Shown here piece by piece: positions 30,511 through 48,389 of a stretch of DNA of 64,000 bases. The notes beneath the pieces are model-generated. The model did no database searches. It saw only the letters and a program-made list of their open reading frames with translations, and was not told the origin of the DNA. The DNA is from the human T2T-CHM13v2.0 reference genome, Homo sapiens. The stretch lies in assembly GCF_009914755.1 (NCBI RefSeq), contig NC_060927.1. One strand, given 5' to 3'. Position numbers and translations under genes: made by a program. The number at the start of each line of letters is the position of its first letter. Position 1 is the stretch's first letter.

Positions 30511-30840
30511 TATATTTTATATATATGTGTATATATATATTTATATATATGTGTATATATATATTTATATATATGTGTATATATATATTTATATATATGT
30601 GTATATATATATTTATATATATGTGTATATATATATTTATATATATGTGTATATATATATTTATATATATGTGTATATATATTTATATATATGTGTATAT
30701 ATATATTTATATATGTGTATATATATATTTATATATATGTGTATATATATATTTATATATATGTGTATATATATATTTATATATATGTGTATATATATTT
30801 ATATATATGTGTATATATATATATACACACACACATATAT
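30511..30840. repeat. AT-rich minisatellite, 24-bp unit ATATATGTGTATATATATATTTAT (about 13 copies, some 22 bp)
   Basis: Directly visible; source of the spurious (MCIYIFIY)n ORFs. Confidence 0.97.
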
Positions 30841-30884
30841 AATATCAAAGTCATTAGTCATATTTAATGACTTTAAAATATATA

Positions 30885-31090
30885 AAATATATATTTGATA
30901 TTTTGATATATATATCAAACTCATTAAATTGTCATATTATAAATGGTTAATCTTAAAAATGAAGGAGACAGGTAAATTAGACTATATATATTTTATATAT
31001 ATATTTGATATTTTGATATACATATCAAAGTCATTAAATAGTCATATTATAAATGGTAATCTTAAAAATGAAGGAGGCAGGTAAATTAGA
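30885..31090. repeat. 110-bp-period tandem duplication
   Basis: atatttgatattttgatata...aaaatgaaggag.caggtaaattaga at 30891-30981 and 31001-31090. Confidence 0.93.
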
Positions 31091-31704
31091 TAGTGGGTCT
31101 TGGCATTTGCAGCTTCATATACACTTCTACCCCTACCCCCACCCCCACCCTTTATTCAAGTCTTAGTAATAACTGAAACACTCCTTGACTCTACAGGTTC
31201 CTGGGAGAGGTGGGGTGAGCATGAATGATGTGCATATGTAAGGTATGCCTAGGACATGTGTGCACATGCCAGAGGCACACCTATACCATGATTGGTAGAT
31301 CTAGATTGAAATTATTTTCCCCAGAATTGCTTCAATCATGCATTACTTATTTTAATAAAAGGAGCCTCTGGTCTTACCAGTTATATTTTACTTACAACCC
31401 CTTACAACATTAGGCAAATAATGTTTTTAATTTAAAATGTTTTTGTTCTCACAGTGAATGGGAGAGTCCCAAAATGTTCAGGAATTTTTCTTGAGTATAA
31501 TTCCAAAATGGAAACCCCCAGATCACAAAGATATTTAAACAGAAATCAGAAGGCTCCAATCTGGAGTAGCACCTTACAAATGAGGTAAAGCACTTTACTG
31601 AAGTGTCAAATGAATCAAGGAGGAAAAAGGAAGAAGATGGGAGAGAATGAGCCCATTAAGGGTAGTGTCCATGTTTTATTACCTCTGTATTCACGTTGCC
31701 AGGA

Positions 31705-32132
31705 ACAGTGGGTAGACATCTGTTGGACATATGGGTGTGATTTGCATTCCTTTCCTCTTACTCTGGTACTAGGACACCCCTTTTCTGTAGGGGAGCCATT
31801 TCATGTGGTTCTGGTGAGGCTCTCCATGTTCACTCACTCATGACCAGGCCTAGCCATTCTTCTCCATGGAAACAGTGATTGGTTCAGACATAGGCACGTG
31901 AACCAAGCTGGACCAATTAGAGTACTCTCCAGGGCTTTTCTTGCTTTTTTGTTGGAATGAGAGTTTTTTGAGACTGACATAGCTGCTGATTATAAGAGAA
32001 AAACATGAGTCCCTGAGAACTGTGTTTGAGCCCCCAGATCCAACTGTAGTTGAAGGTAACCATAATCCTTTTTTATTTGAGCTACTTTGAGTTTTTGTAA
32101 CTTGCAACAACAAAAAAATCCCAACTAATGCA
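31705..32132 (+). mobile_element. Old MaLR LTR (MLT1J/K-like)
   Basis: cagtgattggttcagacataggcacgtgaaccaagctggaccaat...gtaacttgcaac...caactaatgca. Confidence 0.8.
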
Positions 32133-32487
32133 ATCAGAATGATTTAATAATACCCTTTTAAAATACAATTTTAAAAATAAATATAAAGGTCAGCTGTTTT
32201 CCAACTCAAATGAAAACAAAATATGAGAAAATAAAATTTAAATACATCTTGGGAGAGTATAGTTTAAAAGTAGGAACAAGTTTAAAATAGTAACATCTCT
32301 TACACAATGAATAGAGGTAGGGAGGGAATATACACAATTCTTTTTTATAATTTTTAGAAATGATCATTCATCAGAAGTGATTTAGCTACCTAGAACTGAA
32401 GAACAAGTCATATCATAAGACCTCTGAGAATGCAACAATAGCCTATATGCCTAAGTTTCACTGAACTTAAAAATAAAAATGAAGCTT

Positions 32488-32791
<304 letters not shown>

Positions 32792-33337
32792 TTAGTATTC
32801 TAATTACAATGACTTTGAGCTTCTGCCTACCCACTGAAGAACCTAATCTCTGCTCATATATGCCCTGTCTGTTCTCATAGTTCCCCAGGTGTTGTCTCAC
32901 ATGATGCGGACAAAATTACTCTCACTCTTCTGCTCCTGCTTCTCATTAGCTTCCTTGACTGTAGGGGTTCTCCAAGAAGAGTCCTTTCTCCCGAGTTCCC
33001 TATTACCTCCCAGGGCTGCCAGAGCTGTGTGGGCTCTCAAGTCAAGGTGGGGAGAATGCCCGCCCCATAAGTGCCTATTGCATATTGTCAGCTGAGTGCA
33101 TTAAAGTCTCATAAAGCTAATGATGAAAACAGGCTGAGCCATAAACTTGAACGTGGTCACACACACACAGACACACACATATATTTATACACTGCTCTTT
33201 AGGGCATAGAATATAATCATTTTTCTAAAATAGTCTGCCTATAGTATGAAGAGATTTTATCATCGTCATACTGAGCAATTTAGTAATGTGAAGTCTTTCA
33301 CATCTCCATTTCAAAAGAAGATTTTTGGTTTACTTAA

Positions 33338-34011
<674 letters not shown>

Positions 34012-34317
34012 TTTTGTTTTATTTTTTTGTGTCAACATTTTACCAATTTAAGTGAAGTATAGAACAGTTACCTCCCTATAATTCCCTTTACCCACTCCCA
34101 TTGACAATATAATTGTCTAAAATGTTTCCTCTACATATTTTGGGAATCACATTGGCCAATGTTATAATTTTTGCTTCAATAATCAAACATAATTTAGAAA
34201 ACTCAAGAAGAGAAGTCTGTTGTATTTATCTACATTTTTACACTTTCCATTGTTCCTTTTTCCTTCCTGATGTTTCATGATTCTCTCTAGTTTTTTTCTG
34301 TTTAAAGAGTTCCTTTA

Positions 34318-34678
<361 letters not shown>

Positions 34679-34692
34679 TTAGTTTTTCTTAA

Positions 34693-35343
<651 letters not shown>

Positions 35344-37057
35344 TAAACACTTCAAAAATCTTGTCCCACTTCCTTTTGGCCTGCATGGTTTTGTATGAGA
35401 AATCTGTTGTTTGAATTGTTTTTTTTTCCTACAGGTAAATCATTTCTGTCTTATTGCTTTCAAATTTTTCATTGTCTTTGGTTTTCCGAAGTTTGATTAT
35501 AATGTGTCTTGGTTATATTTCTTTGTTTTTTTCTGTTTAAGCCTCAATTAGCCTGTGAAATTTATAAGTTTATGTCTTAATGCCAAATTTAGGAAAATTT
35601 TAGGCATGAGTTTTTTGAACACTTTTTCAATCTCACACTCTTATTCCTCTCTGATAATACAATTTATTGGTTTTTGTTAAGGTTCCACAGGTCTCTGAGG
35701 TTCTATTGATTTTTTTCTTCAGTGTATTTTCTTCATGTTGTTGAAGTTGGTTACATTTTATTGATCTGACTTCAGATTAATTGATTTATTCTTTTGTCTT
35801 CCTTAGTCTATTATTGAGCTTATCCTGTGAGTTTTAATATTTTATTGTATTTTTTTCAGTTAAAGGTTTTATTTGGCTCTTCTTTACATATTCTGTTTCT
35901 TCACCAAAGCTTTCTACTTTTCATTTGTTTCAAGCATGTTCAAAATTTCTCATCGAGTCATTGTATGATGGCTGCTCTAAAATCCTTGTCAGACAGTTCA
36001 AGTGTCTGTGCCGTCTCAGTGTTGCCATCTGTGAATTGTCTTTTCTCATTCTAGTTAAGATCTTCTTGGTTCTTGGAATAATGAATGATTTTTAAAATGC
36101 AATCCTGGATACTTTGGTTATTATGTTGTGAGGCTCTGGATCTTATTTAAGTCTTTGGTTTTATCAGGTTTCCTCTGATACTGCACCAGTCAGGGGAAGG
36201 TTGATGCGCCTTGTTACTGCCAAGTGGAAGTGAAGGTTCAAGCTTTTCATGTGGTCTCCCCCGAAAATGTGGAGAATGGAGGGGCTTGTTACTGCATGAT
36301 TAGGGTGACAATCCTAGGTGCCCCACCTGGTCTTCTCTGACACCATCACAGTGTTGGGGGAGGAGGAGAGGAGGAATACCTCATGCCAGCTGGGTGAGAG
36401 TGGAAGTCTACAAGGGTGGGGATGGGGACCTCAATTTTTCCTGTGGCATTTCACTACAGTAGGACAATTATTGTCTAAGTTTTCTCTCTTGCTAGGTTTC
36501 TCTTGTTCTTTCCCTTGGTGAGAAAGAACAGGCTTTTCTTGGACATTTTTCCCCTTTTATTTATGTCTGTTGGCATTTCTGGTTGCCATATATATATATA
36601 TATGGTTCAGCCTAATGGCTGGCACATAGTAAGTGCTCGATACAGCATTGAGCTATTATTATTTACAACATAGCATAACCTAGATATAAACCAGATTGTA
36701 CCAACCCATGGATCAGCAGGCTGTCACTTCTTGTTTCAACGTTTTGCACTATCTAATATATTGCAGAAGACAGTATCTCAAGTCCACTTCTGAATAACCC
36801 ACACTTGAATCCAACCTTTCCTGTTTGCCACCTTATGGTCTCAATTCTCAGCACCAAAACTGGCCCTTTCCTGCTAGTCACCATTTCCCATATCATAACT
36901 GCCCCAGGTAGTTGCAGCCCTCTGCTTCATCAAGTGTTCAAAGATGTCTTGCTTCAGTTTCCCCCACAGCACCTCATATATCAGGCTTACCAAAAGTTTT
37001 AGCATATTATTAGAGTATTGTTATAGAAAAAAATAAAACATTAAAACTGTTTACCAA

Positions 37058-37670
37058 GGCCAAGTGCAGTGGCTTACACCTGTAACCCTAGCACTTTGGG
37101 AGGCTGAGGTGGGAGGATTGCTTGAGGCCAGGAGTTTGGGACCAGCTTGGGCAACATAGTGAGACCCTGTCTCTACAAAAAAATAAAAAAATTAGCTGGG
37201 CATGCTGATGTGCACGTGTAGTCCCTTCTAATTGGGAAGCTGAGGGGGAGGATGGCTTGAGCCCAGGAGTTTGAGGCTGCAGTGAGCCATGATTGTGCCA
37301 CTGCTCTCCAGCCTGGGTGACAGAGCGAGACCCTGTTTCAAAAAATAAAATAAAGGCCGGGAGTGATGGCTCACGCCTGTAATCCCAGCACTTTGGGAGG
37401 CTGAGGAGGGCAGATCACAAGGTCAGGAGATCGAGACCATCCTGGCTAACACGGTGAAACCTCATCTCTACTAAAAAATGGAAAAAATTAGCTGGTGCGT
37501 GGTGGTGGGCACCTGTAGTCCCAGCTACTCGGGAGGCTGAAGCAGGAGGATGGTGTGAACCCGGGAGGCAGAGCTTGCAGTGAGCCTAGATCACGCCACT
37601 GCACTCCAGCCTGGGCGACAGAGAGAGACCCTGTCTCAAAAAAATAAAATAAAATAAAATAAAATAAAAA
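37058..37670 (+). mobile_element. AluJ-like (37058-37354) with an AluY-like element (37355-37670) inserted in its tail
   Basis: Two tandem dimers; (TAAAA)n tail. Confidence 0.96.
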
Positions 37671-37924
37671 TTGTATATCATCAGTCATCATTACTCCTAA
37701 ATCATCCATACTGTAAAATGTTGATTATTTTGTATCAACTAACACTCTTTGCTTTATTTTTGTCTTTTGCTTTATAGGTTGTTAGAACTGTACTGTTTTC
37801 CCTAATAACCTATAAAGCGAAAGACAAAAATTATGGCTATAATTTTTCAAACAGCAATATTTTTTCTTGTCCCTACAATACTAGAAACAGCCTACAACAA
37901 GGGAGTATTAAAAATATCTTTAAA

Positions 37925-38105
37925 TAAATTTTTATTTTAGGTTTGGGAGTATATGTGAAGGTTTGTTACATAGATAAACACATGTCATGGGGGTTTGTTG
38001 CAGATATTATTATATCACCCAGGTATTAAGCTCAGTACCCAATAGTTACCATTTCTGCTCCTCTTCCCCCTCCCCCCTCCCACCTCAAGTAGACTTCAAT
38101 CTGTT
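37925..38105 (-). mobile_element. L1PA/PB 3'-end fragment
   Basis: ggtttgttacatagataaacacatgtcatgggggtttgttg...cacccaggtattaagctcagtaccc. Confidence 0.88.
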
Positions 38106-38390
38106 GAAAAACATCTTTTAAAGTATGTTTTTTTCTGTGTCATTCCACCATGGATTTAAGCATCTTAAGGTAACATCTAATTAATAACTTCCTAAAGGCT
38201 TAATTAATAAACAGATGTAAACATCTTAAGACATAACTAATAAATAATTATGTAACTCTAATTTATATAACTTCATATCCTCCAAACAGAGACACATTTT
38301 CTTTTTATGTGGCCAAGAAATATTTACAAGGCATGATGAATATAATAGTCCATATAAAATAATCAGGCTGGGCATTTTGGCTCACGCCTG

Positions 38391-40555
38391 AAAGAAATTG
38401 AAGAGGACACCAAAAAATGGAAAAATATTCCAATGTTCATAGATTGGAAGAATAAATATTGTTAAAATATACATACTACTCAAAGCAATCTATAAATTCA
38501 ATGCAATCTCTATCAAAATACAAGTGACATTCCACATATGTTTACTGCAGCACTGTTCACAATAGCAAAGACTTGGAACCAACCCAAATGCCCATCAATG
38601 ATAGACTAGATAAAGAAAATGTGGCACATATACACCATGTAATACTATGCAGCCATAAAAAAGGATGCATTCATGTCCTTTGCAGGTATGTGGATGAAGC
38701 TGGAAACCATCATTCTCAGCAAATTAACACAAGAACAGAAAACCAAATACCGCATGTTCTCACTCATAAGTGGGAGTTGAACAATCAGAACACATGGACA
38801 CAGGGAAGGGAACATCACACACTGGGGCCTGTTGGGGGGTGGGAAGCTAGGGGAAGGATAGCATTAGGATAAATACCTAATGTAGATGATGGGTTGATGG
38901 GTGCAGCAAACTACCATGGCACGTGTATACCTATGTAACAAACCTGCAGGTTCTGCACATGTATCCCAGAACTTAAAGTATCATTTATAAAAAGACAAAA
39001 AGATAAAAAATAATTTGTAAAATATGTTAATGGATACACAATAAAAAGCATGTAATTTGTGACATCAAAAACAAAACAAAAAACAAAATACCCAGTGACA
39101 TTCTTCACAGAAAGAGAAAAAAAAAATCCCAAAATTTATATGGAACCACAAAAGACCCAGAACAGCAAAGCTATCCTAAGCAAAAAGAATGAAACTGGAG
39201 GAATAAAAAGAGCTATAGTAACCAAAACAGCATGGTACTGGAATAAAAACAGACACATAGACCAATGGAACAGAGTAGAGAACTCAGAAACAAATCAAAA
39301 CACGTACAGTGAACTCATTTTTGACAAAGGTGCCAAGAAAATACATTGAGGAAGGCAGTCTCTTCAATAAATGGTGTTGGGAAAACTGGATATCCATATG
39401 CAGAGGGATGAAATTAAACTCCTATCTCTTGCCATATGCAAAATGACATAAAAATGGATTAAATGCTTAAATCTAAGACCTCAAAGTATGAAACTACTAC
39501 AAGCTAACATTGGGGAAAATCTCCAGGACATTGATCTGGGCAAAAATTTCTTGAGTGGTACCCCATGAGTATAGGCAACCAAAGCAAAAATGGACATACC
39601 ATATATGATACATATGATATGTATCATATATGATATAATATATATTATATTATAAAACATATCATATGTTTGCATATATATAGTATCATATATATATGCA
39701 AACTGCCCATCTGACAAAGAATTAATAACCTGAATGTATAAGGAGCTCAAACAACTCTATAGGAAAAAAATCTAATATTCTGATCAAAATGGGCAAAAGA
39801 TTTTAATAGACATTTCTCAAAAGAAGACACACAAATGGCAAACAGGTATACAAAAAGGTGCTCAATATCACTGATCATCAGAGAAATGCAAATAAAAAAT
39901 ACAATGAGATATCATCTCACTCTAGTTAAAATGACTTATATCCAAAAGACAGGCAATACCAAATGCTGGCAAGGATATAGAGAAAAGAGAACCCTTGACA
40001 TCATTGGTGGGAATATAAGTTAGTACAACCACCACTGGAAAACAGTTTAGGTATCTCAAAAACTAAAAAATGAGCTACTATATGATCCTGCAATTCCACT
40101 GCTGGGTTTATACCCCAAAGAAAGGAAATCAGTATATTGAAGAGAGATACCTGCACTCCCATGTTTGTTGCAGCACTGTTTACAATGGCTAAGATTTGGA
40201 AGCAACCTAAGAGTCCATAACAGATGAATGGATAAGGAAAATGTGGTACTTAGACACAGTGGAGTACCATTCAGCCATAAAAAGAATGAGATCCTGTCAT
40301 TTACAACAACATGGATGGAACTGGAGATCATTATGTTAAGTGAAATAAGCCAGGCACAGAAAGACAAACATCACTTGTTCTCACTTATTTGTGGGATCTA
40401 AAAATCAAAACAGTTGAACTCATGAACATAGAGTGTAGAAGGATGGTTACCAGATGCTAGGAAGGGTAGTGGGGAGCTAGGGGGAGGTGGGGATGGTAAT
40501 GGGTACAAAACTAGTTAGAAAGAATGAATAAGACCTATTATTTGATAGCATAACA
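38391..40555 (+). mobile_element. L1MA-type element (ORF2 3' part and 3' UTR) hosting a younger L1PA
   Basis: [23 protein letters not shown] (ORF 39059-39349) and [22 protein letters not shown]; L1MA-type 3' UTR. Confidence 0.93.
38533..39084 (+). mobile_element. 5'-truncated L1PA (roughly L1PA6-8) with probable 3' transduction
   Basis: L1PA 3' end ...gtatcccagaacttaaagta (38980), first A tract, about 55 nt of extra sequence with AATAAA (39040-39045), second A tract; TSD caaaatac(a/cc)agtgacattc at 38514-38532 and 39084-39103. Confidence 0.88.
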
Positions 40556-40919
40556 TAACCTATATGTCCATAATTAAGGGACCAATTACCTTAATAGCTT
40601 TGGATATTAAGAATATTCAACAGCCTTTACAAAAGGAACAGCACTATATGTACTGGTTAGGAGCTGTCTCCAAGATACAGTATCAAATAAAAAGGCAAAG
40701 GAAAGAATAGTGACAGTGTATGATACCATTTGTGTATAAAACAAAAATAAACCCACAAACCACATATTTAATATAGTTATTATACATATATGTATTATAT
40801 GTGTATATTTTTATATTTCTGGAAGTTTACCCAAGACACTGGCAACCTTGATTATCCCCTCTTAGTGAACTGGGTGGCTGAAGGAAAGACACAAGAAGGA
40901 GTATTACTTTTCACTCTAT

Positions 40920-41650
<731 letters not shown>

Positions 41651-42302
41651 AACCTCACTGTATTTTCTGAAATCTATAAAATATGTGTTTACCTCCTCAA
41701 AAAAAAATCAGTTAAAAAATCAATATTACAGAAGGATCTCTTTTGGTGGTTTTCATGGATTCTAAATTCAGCATGTATGCCAAAATTTAAAACAGTAAAA
41801 GTTAGCCTTGGAAATCCTTAGCAATTTTTGGGACCCAAACTGGTCATTTTTTCCACTGGTATTGGAACAGATTATGTTTCTTTGGACCAGCACTACATTT
41901 AATAGTTGGCTTGCATTTAGGTAACCTTCTGTTTGGAAAATCTACAACATTAAACATTGAGCTCATATTCATCGATCTGAGTCCCCAGGATGCTTAGAGG
42001 AACTGAAGACGAGTAGATATTTTAATCCCTTATCTCAGGCTCACCCCAGAATGGACTGGTAGGGAGATCGAGCATATTATTTGTCTTTATCCCTTATTTT
42101 TCCATGTCTAATTATGTGGTTATAAATGTAGTACATGTTATACAGGAAAAATTTTCCAAAAATTGAACAAAAGGCAAAAAAAATAATTCTACTAAGTGGC
42201 CTTCTAAAATCACATTAGACATTTTCTAATAGACCCACCTGAGGGTGATATTGCTCAGGAAATGTGACTTTATGAAAGTTATTAATAGACGTTAACTTGT
42301 AA

Positions 42303-43319
<1,017 letters not shown>

Positions 43320-43838
43320 TCATATCTTGTATAACAATCTGATTTCAGCATTTCTGTTCCCACTGACACATATATTCCAGTTTCTCATATTCTCATCAAA
43401 CTACTGTCTTTTTCTTCTGGTTTCTTCATTAATTAAATAAAACTTTGACATACACTCACTATATGAGATTCATACTTTTAACAATTTGTGAAAATACGCT
43501 TTTCAGTATAAATTAGCACATTGTAAATATATGTGGTTAAATGGCCATACCATGTAGCTTGCTATAACATAATACATTACATGACGGTGAATCCTAGTGG
43601 AATAAAACACTACCAGATTCAATGTACAATATCTTCTCTCTTGAAGGCAGGATTATAGGTGTTTAAATCTGAGTTTGTGACTATTGGCTTGGCTGCTGAA
43701 GTATTTGACATACAGACCCAGGTAGTGCTTTGAAAAATGGCTATACCAGGAAAGAGAAGAAAAAAATAAAAGGTATTCATGAATTTTTTTCAATGCATTT
43801 CCCCCCTCCCCCGAATCCTCTTGGCAGAACTCTGGGGC

Positions 43839-43962
43839 TAGGGTTGTCAGATTTAGCAAATAAAAATACAGGATATCAAATCACATTTGAATTTCAAATG
43901 AATAATTAATTTTTAGTGTAAGTATGTTCCAAACATTGTAAGTATTTTTATTTGAAAACCCT
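43839..43962. mobile_element. MER53-like hAT MITE
   Basis: tagggttgtcagatttagcaaataaaaatacagga...aaaacccta termini. Confidence 0.85.
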
Positions 43963-44168
43963 ACATGGGGCATCTCAAAGTCTGGATGGGGTTGCAGGAA
44001 GCAGGTGGGGGAAGCAAGGTAGTTGCCAGAAGTGCCAGAAACACAAGGGGTCATTGGCAGAATTTGAGTCCAGTGCTGGGCAGTAACAAAGGCCAGGTCG
44101 TGGAATCCTGTTCTCAATTCCAAGGAGTGAACTGAGGACCAGAGTGAAAGTTGAAGTCTTGAATCAAG

Positions 44169-44497
<329 letters not shown>

Positions 44498-44608
44498 TCA
44501 GCACATGAAAAGATGCTCAACATAATTAGTCACCAGGAAAACACGAATCAAAAACAAAGATACAACTTCACATAGTGCTTGGATGGCTATAATAAAAATG
44601 TCTGATAG

Positions 44609-45310
<702 letters not shown>

Positions 45311-45649
45311 GGTTAAATTAAAATTTAAAAAAGTAGATAGAGAGTAGATTTGCATACAGAAAGAGAGTAGATTTGCAGTTGCCAGAGATTGGGAGAAGAG
45401 GGAAGCAGGAGTGACTATTTAAAAATATAGTTTTCTTGGCTGGGTGCAGTGGGCTATGATTGCACCACTGCACTTCAGCCTGGGTGACAGAGCAAGACCA
45501 TGTCTCCTCAAAAAAAAAAAAAAAAAGTGTATTGATGAATATTTGATAGACTACTATTATTTTTTCATAAACTTTAAAAAAGTATCATATTATTGGTATT
45601 TAGGGATTGGAAGTTTCTTAAAATTTTGAGTAAGGAATAAAATTTGTTG

Positions 45650-46205
45650 AGTTAAAAATGACAATGTGTGGAATTGATAAGGATGTAGAAAATACATACT
45701 ATCAATAGTCTGCTGCTAAGGATACAAATTGGTACTAAATTTCTGGAAGGCAACTTGGTAGTATACATCAAGATTTTAAAAATGTATGTAATAATTGACT
45801 TAACAGTTTTAATTCTAGAAATATAGCCTAAGAAAATAATTGAATCCATGTGCAAAGTTCTTTGTTTATTGTATCACTATTTCTTCATTTAGAAACTATA
45901 CTGTAAGCAGTGTGAATTTTTGACAGCATTAAGTTTGACATTCACACAAAGACATACCCGGTGGCCATAATGATATTCATTATCATGGAAAGATGTCTAA
46001 AATATACTATTGGTGAAAAAATCAGGTATCAAACAGCATTTATGGACTAATCCCACTGAAATCATAGAGTTCATTCTTTCCTTATTTTTTGCATTTTTGC
46101 AGTGCACATGTGTTATCACTTCTCTGCCTTTTGGCTAAGATCAAGTGCGGTGCACATGTGTTATATTTATAATCATAAAAATCAGTAAAGCTATTTCCAT
46201 CTTAA
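45650..46205 (+). mobile_element. Old L1 (L1ME-type) 3' end
   Basis: tttctggaaggcaacttggtagtatacatcaa...ttctagaaatatagcctaag...cagtaaagctatttcc. Confidence 0.7.
46115..46151 (+). pseudogene. RNU2: U2 snRNA 5'-fragment retropseudogene (nt 1 to about 33-37), no poly-A tail
   Basis: ATCACTTCTCTGCCTTTTGGCTAAGATCAAGTG matches U2 ATCGCTTCTCGGCCTTTTGGCTAAGATCAAGTG at 31/33. Flanked by tgc(a/g)gtgcacatgtgtt at 46098-46114 and 46146-46162. Confidence 0.93.
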
Positions 46206-47184
46206 AGAAAAAGATCCCTCACTTTGCAATAATGAGTGGTTATGCCTCCCGGCCTTGTCTTCTTTAACTACTAGACAAGATTCATGCCTTGGAATTCCTC
46301 TGAACTTCCCTACTACACTACATTACAAGGAAGGCAATGTGGGTATCTCCCTCCTCCGTGACAACTTAAGAGATGCAAGGTCAGGGCACAGGTCACAACA
46401 GAGAGGGACACTGATGGCCAATTCTGGGGCCTCTCATCAGTTGTCCCATTCCAGGTTTTTAGGTAGAGGGCTGCTTTGCTGCTTCAAGGTTAAGCTTGCC
46501 TAATACTCCTCTAGGAGCTTTAACGAGCTAAGCACAAATCACTCCACTGAACTCACCAAATGCTATGCCTCCCTCAGCCTTGCAGACTTTCCCAATCCAC
46601 TGACATCACTCTACTAAGCCAGTCCATCCCATCCCCCCTGTTCTGGGAGAATCCTACATAAGCTTTCTTCAAGTGGTCTCTAAAACCATTTTTGGCCTCA
46701 CTTTATTAGAGGAGAAGGAGGCGCTTGCTGATATCAGTATTTCTTACCAACTCTGTTTCCATCACAGTAAGTATCAGGTATGCTAAAAGCATGTGTTTGC
46801 CTGGAAAAAAGTTCCTTTTACTTAGCTGCTCTAGGGTATCTCTATGATTTTGTTCTGCAACCTTAAGGATGATATAACTAAAAAGTAGGAGTATAGAACA
46901 TCCCCAGGTTTAACATAAGCTGCATTAATTATTATAACCTTCCCTCCTCCCAGCCAAATAAAAAATCAGACTCAGAAACCCCACTGATCTTATGCATGTT
47001 GGTACTCCCACATAGTTTACTTTTAATACATGTCTATTAGATATCATTATATAAAGTTAACATTGCAGGGAAGCTTAAATGTGTCATTTGTACACCATGG
47101 TTGGATCTTGATATGCTGGATATTTTTTAAAAAGGCTCTACTACAACCAAAGTTAGATCCAAATCCATAAACAGGTAGATAACA

Positions 47185-47819
<635 letters not shown>

Positions 47820-48389
47820 TTGCATTCTACACAGAGCACTTAAGTTCATAATTCTGTGAGAGAAGTATTTATATAAGACTAAAAAAATTATAGTAATCAG
47901 GAGAAAAGAAAAAAGTGGAAAATTTGTTTGCCTCAAAATTGCCAACCCTGGGCATATTTCATAAAGCTTCTACAAAAAATGGTTTACGAAGCTGAAAATA
48001 AATGTGACTGAATCCTAGATTATAAAAATTAGGCAAATCTCAGTCTTTGGAATTATCTATTATGTGCTTTTTCACACTGACTCTGGGACAGTCTGAAGTT
48101 GGTAGTGTCTGTTAAGCTCCTCTAGCTTGCCAATCCAGGTGCCTGGTACCTTCCCAGAACTGCCTTTTTCATGTGACCCTGATATTCATTCCTTTCCCAG
48201 TGCTCTTCCTGGGTAACCTGAAAAATAGCCCCAGGATAGTGAAAAGTAGTCTTCTTTCTCATCCAGAGATTAAGTGCATTTTAAGCATGGTCATCTTCTA
48301 AAGGAATGAATCATCCTAATCAGGAAAATCTGAGGCACCAGAACAAGTAGTTATATTTTGCTCGGAAATGCTTTTAGGGATACTGAATG

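Noticed and set aside
30525-30898. Periodic [10 protein letters not shown] ORFs and a superficial CRISPR-like periodicity
   Set aside because: Simple AT-rich tandem repeat with no unique spacers, in eukaryotic DNA.
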